In this document: positions 37,678 to 46,628 of the stretch, in pieces
Layout: each line of letters starts with the position of its first letter
Numbering within the stretch: the stretch's first letter is position 1
DNA from: Pseudomonadota bacterium
GTDB taxonomy: Bacteria; Myxococcota; JACRCW01; JAFGSX01
Length of the DNA stretch: 64,000 nt
Direction of reading: 5' to 3'
Assembly (NCBI GenBank): GCA_043821645.1
Contig: JBDRCO010000076.1
Span: 1 to 64,000, forward strand
Notes under the pieces: generated by a model
The model's input: only the letters and a program-made list of their open reading frames with translations
Database searches by the model: none
What the model was told of the DNA's origin: nothing
Translations under genes and position numbers: made by a program

Positions 37678-39321
37678 CTAGAGCAGATCGATGGCCGCCG
37701 CCCAGGCCCACAGCTCCAGGCCAGCCAGGTCGCCGTAACGCAGATCCGCTCGCAGGCCCACCTCTCCCTTGCCCAGGAAGCGGAAGCTTCCGCGCAGGCC
37801 TGTTGTTCCCGTGGCCAGGATCTGGCGGCTCTGGTCCAGCAGGTAGACACCACCGGACTGGCTGAGGCCAAGCCGCAGGCCGTCGACGGGCTGCGTTCCC
37901 AGGGTCGCGCTGACCAGGTGGCTGCCGACGGGACTCCATTCGCCGCGATACAGCAGCTGCAGCGAGCTGGACCACCACGGCAGGCGGGTCCACAGCGAGG
38001 GCATCACCCAGGCACGGGGCCAGCTGCCGTCCTCGCTGACGCCGCCGCCACCCGCCAGCGAGGCGCCAGCGTACAGCGCACCCAGGCGGCCGCCCGCGTC
38101 CAGGGCCAGGCCTCCATCATAGAATGCAGCGTCGGGTGTGAGCTGCCAGGCACCCATCAGGTTGTCTGGCCACAGCAGGCGATGATCGAGGCGCCGGGCG
38201 TTGGCACCGAGCTGCACGGCCCCCAGTCGCCACGAGGCGCTGAGCACGGCGCGATCCGGCACCAGGGCCGGGCGACCCTTGCCGTCGTCGACGACCAGGA
38301 CGGTGCCCAGGTCCGTGGACAGGTGCCAGCCTGCATCGCCGTCGAGATCCAGGCTCAGCGAGGCCTCACCACCGTCGCTGCCACGACCGATGTCCCACAG
38401 GCTGCTCAGGTCGCCCTGGTAGCGCAGGGAGGCCCAGCCCCAGTGCGCCCCGCCGTCTACACCGAGGGCCGCCAGCGGTCGTTGCAGCGAGGGCACCAGG
38501 TCCGTGCGCGTGGGTTGCAGCCCGGCCACCAGGTGCAGGTGCGGACCGTCCTCGGAGGCGTGCCAGGTCACACCCGCGGCGTCGACGAGTCCATAGCGGA
38601 GCCCGGTCTCAGCGTGGCGGCCCAGCTGCACCGAGAGCGCGTCTATGGGTCTGTAAGCCAGCGTGGCGCGGTTCACTTCGAGCCAGCCCCAGGACCCCTG
38701 GCGAAAGCGGCCCTGCGCCGGGCTCACCGGCTGGCCGGCGGCCGACGCCAGGACGTCAAGCTGCCAGCGACCGGCGGTGTCCAGGGGCCCTTGCACGGCC
38801 AGGTCCAGCTGTTCGCGCTGGGTGATGCCATTGGCGGAACCGAAGGCGATCCAGGTGGCGCTGCGCAGGTGGGCGCTGTTGCGCAGGGGCGTCCAGGTCA
38901 CGATGGCGCGCTGGCCGGCAAAGCCGACCTTGGAGAAGGTCCCGGCGTCATGGACCCAGGTGCCGCTGGCGCTGGCTCGCAGCGATGTCGCCGGCTGCGA
39001 GGCCGCTTCGGCGACTGCGGTGCTGCGAAAGCTGACCGGCATGCCCGGACGGAGTGGTCGCTTCTGGTCGAGGACCCGGGCCACGGCGCTGTGCGGCGAG
39101 ACCTCCAGCACCTCGAGGCTCGCCACCTTCTTGCGATCCACCTTGACGACGAGACGGCTGCCGGGTTGCAGGCCGCGCTCGCTACCGAGGTCCAGGTAGG
39201 CCGCGTCGGTGGTGACGTAGGTGATGCTGCCGCGCACGGGCTGCGACCTGGCCTGTGCCAACGCCCCGGCGCACAGCAGCAGAACCGCACTCAGGAGCTG
39301 CAGTCGGTGGCGGTTCTTCAT
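37678..39321 (-). CDS. Probable outer-membrane beta-barrel with small N-terminal beta domain (porin of the cytochrome cluster)
   Basis: Signal peptide AQA; alternating amphipathic strands rich in W/Y/L/G; LGRH..VDAAGV motif; last gene of the multiheme operon. Confidence 0.6.
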   Translation of the reverse strand: MKNRHRLQLLSAVLLLCAGALAQARSQPVRGSITYVTTDAAYLDLGSERGLQPGSRLVVKVDRKKVASLEVLEVSPHSAVARVLDQKRPLRPGMPVSFRSTAVAEAASQPATSLRASASGTWVHDAGTFSKVGFAGQRAIVTWTPLRNSAHLRSATWIAFGSANGITQREQLDLAVQGPLDTAGRWQLDVLASAAGQPVSPAQGRFRQGSWGWLEVNRATLAYRPIDALSVQLGRHAETGLRYGLVDAAGVTWHASEDGPHLHLVAGLQPTRTDLVPSLQRPLAALGVDGGAHWGWASLRYQGDLSSLWDIGRGSDGGEASLSLDLDGDAGWHLSTDLGTVLVVDDGKGRPALVPDRAVLSASWRLGAVQLGANARRLDHRLLWPDNLMGAWQLTPDAAFYDGGLALDAGGRLGALYAGASLAGGGGVSEDGSWPRAWVMPSLWTRLPWWSSSLQLLYRGEWSPVGSHLVSATLGTQPVDGLRLGLSQSGGVYLLDQSRQILATGTTGLRGSFRFLGKGEVGLRADLRYGDLAGLELWAWAAAIDLL

Positions 39322-39323
39322 GC

Positions 39324-40082
39324 TCAATCGCCTGCCACGCCGCGGGGGTGACATTGCAGACAGAGAGGACTCTCGCAGCGGTAGTTGGCGACCTCCTGGT
39401 GGTGGCCATTGGTGATCGAGCACAGGTGCACGTGGCAGTCGATGCACGAGAAGCTGTCATAGCCGTTCACGTGGCAGTCGGTGCAGGCCACGTCGCGGTG
39501 TCGACCGCTGGCGATGGGGAACAGGGGATCGTGTGCGGCGCGGCTCATGGCCTCGCCGCGCGGGTGGCAGCGGTAGCAGGCGTCCGAGGCGTACTGGTAG
39601 CCGGACACGCCATTGTGCGCGGGATCCACGATGCTGGCCGCGTGGTCGTGGCAGTCGATGCAGGAGAAGCCCCGGTAGTCGGTCACGTGGCAGTTCTCGC
39701 AGGCCATGCCGCCGTGGGCACCGGTGACGATGGGAAACAGCACCTCGTGGTCGGCGCGGCCCAGGGCGATGCCCGACGGGTGGCAGCCGTAGCAGCCCGT
39801 GGCGTCGTACTCGTAGCCGACGACGCCTGCGTGGTGCGGATCCGTGCTGGCCTGATCGTGCTCGTGGCAGCTGATGCAGGTGAAGCGGGTGAAGGTCTCG
39901 AAGTCACCGTGGCAGGCGTCGCAGTCCGCACCTCCGTGGGCGCCCTCGAGCACCGGGAAGATGGGGGTGTGGGTGGCCCGGGTCACCCGCTCGCGCTGCA
40001 CCTTGAAGAAGGGCTCGTAGCAGCCGAGCACCCCGGTGACGACAAGAACCAGGCTCGCGGTGCGCACATGCCGGGCTGTCAT
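39324..40082 (-). CDS. Nonaheme c-type cytochrome lipoprotein (three triheme modules)
   Basis: Lipobox VLGC; 9 CxxCH (CDACH, CISCH, CYGCH, CENCH, CIDCH, CYRCH, CTDCH, CIDCH, CLQCH); FPI..G.H modules. Confidence 0.9.
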   Translation of the reverse strand: MTARHVRTASLVLVVTGVLGCYEPFFKVQRERVTRATHTPIFPVLEGAHGGADCDACHGDFETFTRFTCISCHEHDQASTDPHHAGVVGYEYDATGCYGCHPSGIALGRADHEVLFPIVTGAHGGMACENCHVTDYRGFSCIDCHDHAASIVDPAHNGVSGYQYASDACYRCHPRGEAMSRAAHDPLFPIASGRHRDVACTDCHVNGYDSFSCIDCHVHLCSITNGHHQEVANYRCESPLCLQCHPRGVAGD

Positions 40083-40858
40083 CGGCCCTCCTCGCCATGC
40101 GGATGGCACTCGTAGCACTTGCGCTGGGCGCACTGGTAGCCGGCCACGCCCTCGGACTGGTGCCTGCGGTCCATGGTGCTGCAGCGGTGGCAGCGGGTGC
40201 AATCCGCAGTGAAGCTGGCGCAGGCATTGACCGCGAGGGAGACCGGACCGCTGTGGCAGTTCTGGCAGGCGATGCCGCGGTGCGCGCCCGCGGCGATGGG
40301 GAAGCAACGATCGTGATCGGGGAACACCGCGAGCGTCCACCGCGTGGCGCTGTGGCAGCGGGCACAGTCCTCGCCCACCCCCGCTTGCTGGTGGTCGATG
40401 GAGCGACCCCGGGTGCGCAGCAGATCCTGAGCGTGGCAATCCTTGCAGCGGGCGGACAGCCCGCCCATGGCCCGGTCGGCGCGCTGCCTGTGGCAGGCAT
40501 CGCAGGGGATCACGGCGTGCCGGCCGTACAGCGGGAAGCGGCTGCGGGCGTGGGCGCGCACCCCGTCTCCCTGGCGGAAGTCGTCACTGTCGTGGCAGCG
40601 CGCGCACTCCCGGCCCAAGCTCCCGGCGTGCACATCGACGTGGCAGCTGCTGCACACAGGATCCAGCCGCAGGTGCGTCGCGTTGGCGTGGCAGGCGCGA
40701 CAGGGGATGCCCTGATGGCGACCTCGAAGCGGCAGGCGCGTCTGCTCGTGGTCGAACTGCACATCGGTCCAGCGGGTGGTCGTGTGGCAGGCGGAGCAGT
40801 CACCGCTCTGATTCGCAGGCTGGGCTGCCAGCCACAACAGGAAGGCGAGGCCGCTCAT
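40079..40858 (-). CDS. Decaheme c-type cytochrome
   Basis: Short hydrophobic N-terminus; 10 CxxCH; FDH..PL.G.H..C modules. Confidence 0.92.
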   Translation of the reverse strand: MSGLAFLLWLAAQPANQSGDCSACHTTTRWTDVQFDHEQTRLPLRGRHQGIPCRACHANATHLRLDPVCSSCHVDVHAGSLGRECARCHDSDDFRQGDGVRAHARSRFPLYGRHAVIPCDACHRQRADRAMGGLSARCKDCHAQDLLRTRGRSIDHQQAGVGEDCARCHSATRWTLAVFPDHDRCFPIAAGAHRGIACQNCHSGPVSLAVNACASFTADCTRCHRCSTMDRRHQSEGVAGYQCAQRKCYECHPHGEEGR

Positions 40859-42645
40859 CGGGCACCTCCGCCACCTGGCTGAGCATGCACGTCCTGGTGG
40901 CAGCCGTCGCAGCGCCGGGGCACGCCGCGGTACCAGGCCACGACGCTGCCGCCCTCAATCGGCACCGAGGGGTGACAGCGGGCGCAGGGCACGCGCGCAT
41001 GGGCGCCGGTCAGGGTGATGTCGCCGAACGCAGGGTCGCCGTGGACGAAGCGTGACGGCTTGAACTTCTGCGTGTCATGGCAGCGCTCGCAGGTGAGGTC
41101 GCCGAACTGGCCGCGGTGCACATCCGTGTGGCAGGTGGCGCAGACCCGGGCCGTGCCCCGGTACTCGACCCGCTCCTGCCGCCGCTGGTGGCAGCGGGCG
41201 CAGCTCGCCTCGCGGTGCTTTCCGGTCAGGGCAAAGCGGCTGTCCCGGTCATGGTCGAACCGAGGCTGGGCAAAGCTGTCGAGCTGGTGGCACGCACTGC
41301 ATGGCTTGACGGGCTCGCCGCGGGCGAACTGCCCACCGTGCACGTCGCGGTGGCAGCTGTCGCAGCGCGTCGACGTGACCTCGGGCCGGCGCAGGCGGGT
41401 GAAGTTGTACAGCTCGGTGCGGCGCACCGGCTCGGGCGCATCGCGCACGCTCGCTGGCAGCTTGGCCGAGAAGCGCTCGGGATCCGGCGGATGGCAGGCA
41501 TTGCAGGCCACCGCGCGGTGCGCACCCTCGAGCGGGTAGGGGCCCTTGTCGTGCCGCGCCAGGTTGTAGCGCGGAGGATAGAATCCCTGCTCGTCGTGGC
41601 AGCGTTCGCACGCCGTGCCGCGCCCGCCCTCGTCAGCGACCTGCCCGAAGTGCGCATCGCGGTGACAGTCGTCGCAGCGCTCGAAGGCGAGGCCCCGGGT
41701 CTGCAGGCCGCCACCCTTCTTGGCGGGATGGCAGGTCCCGCAGCGCGCGACCTCGTGCAAACCTCGCAGCGGGAAGCGACTCTTGTCGTGGAAGCTCTTC
41801 TGGGCCTTGCTGATGTGGGTGCGCGACCAGCTGGTCTCGACGTGGCAGCGCTCGCAGCGCTGGCCGAACTTGCCGCGGTGCACATCGCTGTGACAGGACG
41901 CGCAGCCTCGGGCTCCCACCCCGCGATAGTCCACCACCTGGGTCGGCTTGACCGGAGGCAGGATGGCCGAGGCCGTCGCCTCGACCTCCCGCGCCGGGTG
42001 GCACTTGAGGCAGGAGGTCTTGGCGTGAGCGCCGCGCAGTTTGTAGACGCTGGCGTGGTCGAAGCCCCGCGCTGGCGCAAAGGCCGTGGCATCGTGGCAG
42101 CGCTGGCAGGCCTTGCCCAGCTGGCCCCGGTGCTCGTCGAAGTGGCAGGCGTTGCAGCTTCGATCGAGCCCGAGGTAGGTCGCCGGCTCCTTGCCGTCGC
42201 CCAGACGCTTGCGCAGCTCTGGCGCGCGCACCAGGGCCGCCCGGTGGCAGGCCGCACAGGCTGCCTTGGCATGCTTGCCGTCGAGAGCCCAGCCACTGCG
42301 CTTGTGGTCGAACTGCTCGCGGCTCCCCTTCCACTCGGTCAGGGAGGCGTCGATCCCGCGGTGGTCGCGGTGGCAGCTCAGGCAGCCCTTGTCCTTGACC
42401 TCGGCCTGGGCGTGCATGCCGCGCTGGCGGGCGATGCCCTGCGCGAGATCCCGATGGCACTCCAGACACAGCTTGCCATCGACCTTGGCGCCGAGCTCGT
42501 GGCACTTCGTGCATTGCCGCAAGCCCTCAAGCTTGGTGTGGGGGCGGGCCAGGGGGCCCGGCGACAGCACCTGCGCCGACAGCGCGGCGGGCAGCACCAC
42601 CACGACGATCGCCAGGCCTCGGGCTGTGTGCTTCAGAAGATCCAT
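40855..42645 (-). CDS. 20-heme periplasmic c-type cytochrome
   Basis: Signal peptide LSA-Q; SPGPLARPH; 20 CxxCH counted; repeated FDH..F.L.G.H..CxxCH..CxxCH.D.H.GQ..CxxCH. Confidence 0.92.
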   Translation of the reverse strand: MDLLKHTARGLAIVVVVLPAALSAQVLSPGPLARPHTKLEGLRQCTKCHELGAKVDGKLCLECHRDLAQGIARQRGMHAQAEVKDKGCLSCHRDHRGIDASLTEWKGSREQFDHKRSGWALDGKHAKAACAACHRAALVRAPELRKRLGDGKEPATYLGLDRSCNACHFDEHRGQLGKACQRCHDATAFAPARGFDHASVYKLRGAHAKTSCLKCHPAREVEATASAILPPVKPTQVVDYRGVGARGCASCHSDVHRGKFGQRCERCHVETSWSRTHISKAQKSFHDKSRFPLRGLHEVARCGTCHPAKKGGGLQTRGLAFERCDDCHRDAHFGQVADEGGRGTACERCHDEQGFYPPRYNLARHDKGPYPLEGAHRAVACNACHPPDPERFSAKLPASVRDAPEPVRRTELYNFTRLRRPEVTSTRCDSCHRDVHGGQFARGEPVKPCSACHQLDSFAQPRFDHDRDSRFALTGKHREASCARCHQRRQERVEYRGTARVCATCHTDVHRGQFGDLTCERCHDTQKFKPSRFVHGDPAFGDITLTGAHARVPCARCHPSVPIEGGSVVAWYRGVPRRCDGCHQDVHAQPGGGGAR

Positions 42646-44579
42646 CGGTACCCCAGCAGCAGCGATACCCCCACGTGCAGGGCGATGGTCAGTACCAGCA
42701 GCAAGGCCAGGGCCACGTGAAACAGCCGCCAGGCGCGCAGCAGCGTCTTGAACAGAGCGCTGCCCGCGGCGGCCATGCCAAAGCGATGGGTGGTCTGGAT
42801 GCGGCCGTAGATGAATCGCCCCACCACTCCCGTGGCGACGACGGCGCCAAGGGCGATGAAGGTGGCTTGGGCGATGAGGTTCTTGCTCTGAAAGGCCGAG
42901 TGAAAAGCGATCACCGCGGGCGTGAACAGGCCGATCACCGCGTGCACCGTGAGCCAGCGACGCAGCGAGCCGGTCCCACGTAGCAGAGCCAGACGCTTGC
43001 GTGCGGCATAGGTGAAGTTGGTCAGCATGACCAGGGTCGCCGCGATGCCGATGCCGTGTCCCCAGCTGCCGCTCGAGCGCAGCCGCTCGTGCAGGGGCGC
43101 AGCCTCGCGCGCCAGGACGTCCAGCACGTAGTAGTCGCGACCGAGCCAGGCCAGCGCCGAGACCACGGCCAGACCCAGGGCGGACAGGCCGAGGCCAAGC
43201 CAGGGACCCGCCTCGACGTGATCGCGCAGGTGCAGGTGCACACCCCGGGGCGCGTCCCGAGGCGGCTGACCGAACCAGCGGTCCGTGCGAATCCCGTGCT
43301 GCTCCAAAAAAGGCGTGGGCAGCTCGCCACCCAGGGCCGCGAGCACGAAATCGATGTCCTGGGCGCGCTCGCCGTCCGGGCCACGCAGCCGCACCTTGTC
43401 CGTCGTCACGGCCAGCACGTCGCTGCGCAACAGCAGCTGTAGCTGACCGGCGTCGTGCAGCGCCTCGACGCGCTGGCGGTTGGGCGCCTTGGCGCGAAAG
43501 AAGCTGTCTCCGCGATAGCACACGGTCACCCGGGCGCCGTGTTCGACCAGACTGCTGGCAGCCTCCAGGGCGCTGTCGCCACCCCCCACCACCAGCACCC
43601 GCTGCCCGCTGTACTGCTTGGGCTCGATCAGGTGGTAGGCCACGTGGGGCAGCCCCTCGCCGTCGACGCCCAGGCGTCGCGGTGTGCCGCGCCGGCCAAT
43701 GCCGAGCACGATCTTGCGCGCGGCCAGGGGCCCGGTCGAGGTGTGCAGCACGAAGTTGTTGTCCTCACCCTCGAAGCGTTCGAGCCGGGTTCCTGCCCGG
43801 ACCTCGAGTCGGGTCTCGGCCAGCACTTCCTGCCACACCTGCAGCAGCTCCTCCTTGGTCATCTCGGCGCGGTGTACCCGCCCGAACAGCGGCACGTCGA
43901 TGGGCTCGGTCATCACCAGCTTCTGGCGCGGGAAGTGGGCAATGGTGCCGCCCAGGGCGGGCTCCTGTTCGAGCAAGGCATAGCTCGCCCCGGCTTCCAG
44001 CGTGGCCAGCGCCGCGCCCATGCCCGCAGGTCCCGCGCCGACGATGGCGACGTCGACACAGCGTGCCGGTCGCGCACCTTCCAGGTGCCGCACCGCATCC
44101 TGGGCGGCGGCCACGCCCTGCAGGATGGCATTGCGGATCAGACCCATGCCGCCCAGTTCGCCGGCGATGTAGACGCCCGCTCGGCTGGTCTCGAACTGGG
44201 GTGTCAAGAAGGGGATGTCCTGGCCGCGCTCGGCGCTGCCGAAGACCAGGCGGATGGCGCCCACCGGGCACTCCACGGCGCAGCGACCGTGGCCGATGCA
44301 GGCCGCGCCGTGCACCAGGCGACCGGCCCCGCCGACGATGCCCAGCACGTCGCCTTGGGGGCAGGCGGCGACGCAAGCCTGGCTCGAGATGCAGCGATCA
44401 GTGTCGATGACGGGGTGCAGTGAGGCTGGAACGTGCAGGCCCGCAGCCTCGACCGCCTGCATGCGCTGACGCTCGGTGCGATCGCGCCGCCGCGCTCGCA
44501 GCAGCAGCAAGCCCGCGGTGACGACGAGGATCAGGGCCAGCGCCCAGCCCGCGACGAGGGTTTCGAACGACAGGTCCAT
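42633..44579 (-). CDS. Membrane-bound NAD(P)H oxidoreductase: TM anchor, atypical ferredoxin, permuted TrxR/YpdA-like FAD domain, His-rich (cytochrome b-like) membrane domain
   Basis: CISSQACVAACP and CIGHGRCAVECP; ETSRAGVYIAGE; VGAGPAG; VGGGDSA..YRG; TM segments with GHG, WLTVH, AFH, WRLFH, IALH. Confidence 0.85.
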   Translation of the reverse strand: MDLSFETLVAGWALALILVVTAGLLLLRARRRDRTERQRMQAVEAAGLHVPASLHPVIDTDRCISSQACVAACPQGDVLGIVGGAGRLVHGAACIGHGRCAVECPVGAIRLVFGSAERGQDIPFLTPQFETSRAGVYIAGELGGMGLIRNAILQGVAAAQDAVRHLEGARPARCVDVAIVGAGPAGMGAALATLEAGASYALLEQEPALGGTIAHFPRQKLVMTEPIDVPLFGRVHRAEMTKEELLQVWQEVLAETRLEVRAGTRLERFEGEDNNFVLHTSTGPLAARKIVLGIGRRGTPRRLGVDGEGLPHVAYHLIEPKQYSGQRVLVVGGGDSALEAASSLVEHGARVTVCYRGDSFFRAKAPNRQRVEALHDAGQLQLLLRSDVLAVTTDKVRLRGPDGERAQDIDFVLAALGGELPTPFLEQHGIRTDRWFGQPPRDAPRGVHLHLRDHVEAGPWLGLGLSALGLAVVSALAWLGRDYYVLDVLAREAAPLHERLRSSGSWGHGIGIAATLVMLTNFTYAARKRLALLRGTGSLRRWLTVHAVIGLFTPAVIAFHSAFQSKNLIAQATFIALGAVVATGVVGRFIYGRIQTTHRFGMAAAGSALFKTLLRAWRLFHVALALLLVLTIALHVGVSLLLGYRWIF

Positions 44580-44711
44580 ACCCAGTCCGTCCTCGCCGCT
44601 CATCCCCGCGGCCACGCCCCGAGTGTACGCGTCCGTCGGAGTCCCGTCCGCCACTTTTCTGAGGCTCACTGCGAGTGCGCCGTCGTGGATGGCGACTCCG
44701 GGGCCGGCGGC

Positions 44712-46595
44712 CTACAGGCCCTGCAAAACCTCGACGCTGGGCACGGGGCTGAGGACACCCGATCCCACATCCACATCGCTGAGCCTGGCAGCGCGCAGCA
44801 CCACCACCCCGGCCGAGCCGCCGCCACCGCCCGATCCGTCCTGGCTGTCCACACCGTCGAGCCCGCTCGACCGGTCACGCCAGCCGCCGTTGCCCCCGCC
44901 CGCGCCCGCCACGGCCTCGCGCGCGGCGAAAGGACCATCCTCGCCGTCCTGGACGGGGTAGCTCCCGGCACCACCACCCGCGCCACCGTTGGCCGCCAGG
45001 ATCGCGCCGCCGGAGATCTCGACCGCGGGGGCCTCGACGACAAGGCGTCCCCCTGCGCCGCCGCCTCCGCCACCGTCGTCGTAACTCGAGAACCGGTCGC
45101 CCTCGCCGCCGCCGCCCGAGCCATGAATGCCGGCGCCTGCGCCGCGAACGGTCACCCGAGTCCAGGACGCCAGCACGATGGCACCTCCACCGCCGCCCCC
45201 AGCACCTCCGTAGGCCGGGTTGGCCGTGGCGTTGGACCCCAGACCGCCACCGCCTCCGCCACTGCCCCCACACAGGGCGGTCGTGCCGACCAGGAGACCG
45301 CCCGAGCCGCCAAGCGTCGCCGGAGTACCTGGGTCGTTTCCTCCGCGGCCTCCGACGGCAGCGTGGCCGCCCCCACCTCCACCCATCTCGTCACCCCCGC
45401 TGGAGGAGTAGAAGCCCATGCCTCCACCCCCTCCACCCGGACCCGAACCCTGCTGTCCCGGGTTCTCGGCCAGGCCCCCCGCAAAGCCACCGGGTCCCGC
45501 GCAGGTGGCAGCGCTCGCCGCACACGCCGCGCGACCTCCGCTGACATCGATGACGCCTTCGATCAGGGCGTCGCCCCGTGCCACTAGCGCAGCCGCCCGT
45601 GTGCCACGCACGCGGACGCGTACGCCGACGGGAACGGCCATGTTCGTGAAGGCGAAGACGCCCACCTCGACGGGCTGTCCCGCGCAATCGGCCATGTTGC
45701 CAACGTGAAAGTCTGGCCAGGGCGCTCCAGCCAGGGTGCCCAGATCGGTGTCCAGGACCAGATCTGCGTCCGGGGCCAGGGCGGCGGTGGCCAGCCTCAC
45801 CCACTCCGGATCAATGCCACCGGAGAGCGCCGGCCGCTGGCAGCGGATCTCGCCACTCGCGCAGCCCAGTGGACAGTACTCGATGTTGATCCAGTGCTCG
45901 CTGCTGCAGATCTGGTTGAGGTTGCCCTGGCACTGCCGCGACGGCTCCACGCACTCCGGTGTGTACAGGTCCGGGAGGGCCTGATCTGGCTGCGCCAGGT
46001 CCGGCAGGGACGCGTCGCCAGGCAGCGCCGAGTCGACGCTGGCCCCATCCGCCGCATCGCTACCCAGGTCCGGGCTCCCGCTCTCCGCGTTGCTCGTGTC
46101 CGCGCTCGTTGCATCGACGGCGGACTGCAGGTCCCCCGGCAGAGCATCCAGGTCGACTCCGGCGTCACGAAAGGCGCCGTCATCCGGCGTCACGTCCGGG
46201 GCCAGGGCATCGGCAGCCTCGGCATCCGCACTGGCATCGCCCCCGGCATCCATCGGGCTGAGATCATTGGCCGAGGCAAGGTCGGCGACCCACAGGTCTG
46301 GCGGGCCGCCCTCGGGTGTCTCCAGATCCAGGATGGCCGAGTCCTGCGCGCCGCCCTGGTCCACCAGGTGGCGGTCCTGATGCGCGTCGACGGGTACACG
46401 CCGGCTGTCCAGCGCACCCGCATCCGCGAGCAGGGCGACAGCCACGCAGCGACCCGGCTTGCCATGACAGCGATAGCCCTGGGAGCAATCCCCGTCGATC
46501 TGACACTCGAACAGCAATTGATCCTGATCCACCGGAGAGGCGGGGCAGGCTGCCAGCAGCAGGAGAAGCCCGAGCTGTGTCCGGCGTGACGACAT
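44712..46595 (-). CDS. Lipoprotein with Cys motif, Asp/Ala linker and Gly-rich C-terminal domain
   Basis: Lipobox LAAC; CQIDGDCSQGYRC; repeated GGGGGGxGGxIxL blocks. Confidence 0.75.
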   Translation of the reverse strand: MSSRRTQLGLLLLLAACPASPVDQDQLLFECQIDGDCSQGYRCHGKPGRCVAVALLADAGALDSRRVPVDAHQDRHLVDQGGAQDSAILDLETPEGGPPDLWVADLASANDLSPMDAGGDASADAEAADALAPDVTPDDGAFRDAGVDLDALPGDLQSAVDATSADTSNAESGSPDLGSDAADGASVDSALPGDASLPDLAQPDQALPDLYTPECVEPSRQCQGNLNQICSSEHWINIEYCPLGCASGEIRCQRPALSGGIDPEWVRLATAALAPDADLVLDTDLGTLAGAPWPDFHVGNMADCAGQPVEVGVFAFTNMAVPVGVRVRVRGTRAAALVARGDALIEGVIDVSGGRAACAASAATCAGPGGFAGGLAENPGQQGSGPGGGGGGMGFYSSSGGDEMGGGGGGHAAVGGRGGNDPGTPATLGGSGGLLVGTTALCGGSGGGGGGLGSNATANPAYGGAGGGGGGAIVLASWTRVTVRGAGAGIHGSGGGGEGDRFSSYDDGGGGGGAGGRLVVEAPAVEISGGAILAANGGAGGGAGSYPVQDGEDGPFAAREAVAGAGGGNGGWRDRSSGLDGVDSQDGSGGGGGSAGVVVLRAARLSDVDVGSGVLSPVPSVEVLQGL

Positions 46596-46628
46596 CCGAG
46601 GATTGTAGCGCAGCACGCCAGGTCGCGC

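Noticed and set aside
42646-43521. N-terminal 292 aa of the 888-aa ORF 40855-43521
   Set aside because: Overlaps the flavoprotein gene in another frame; the real cytochrome starts at 42645 with a signal peptide
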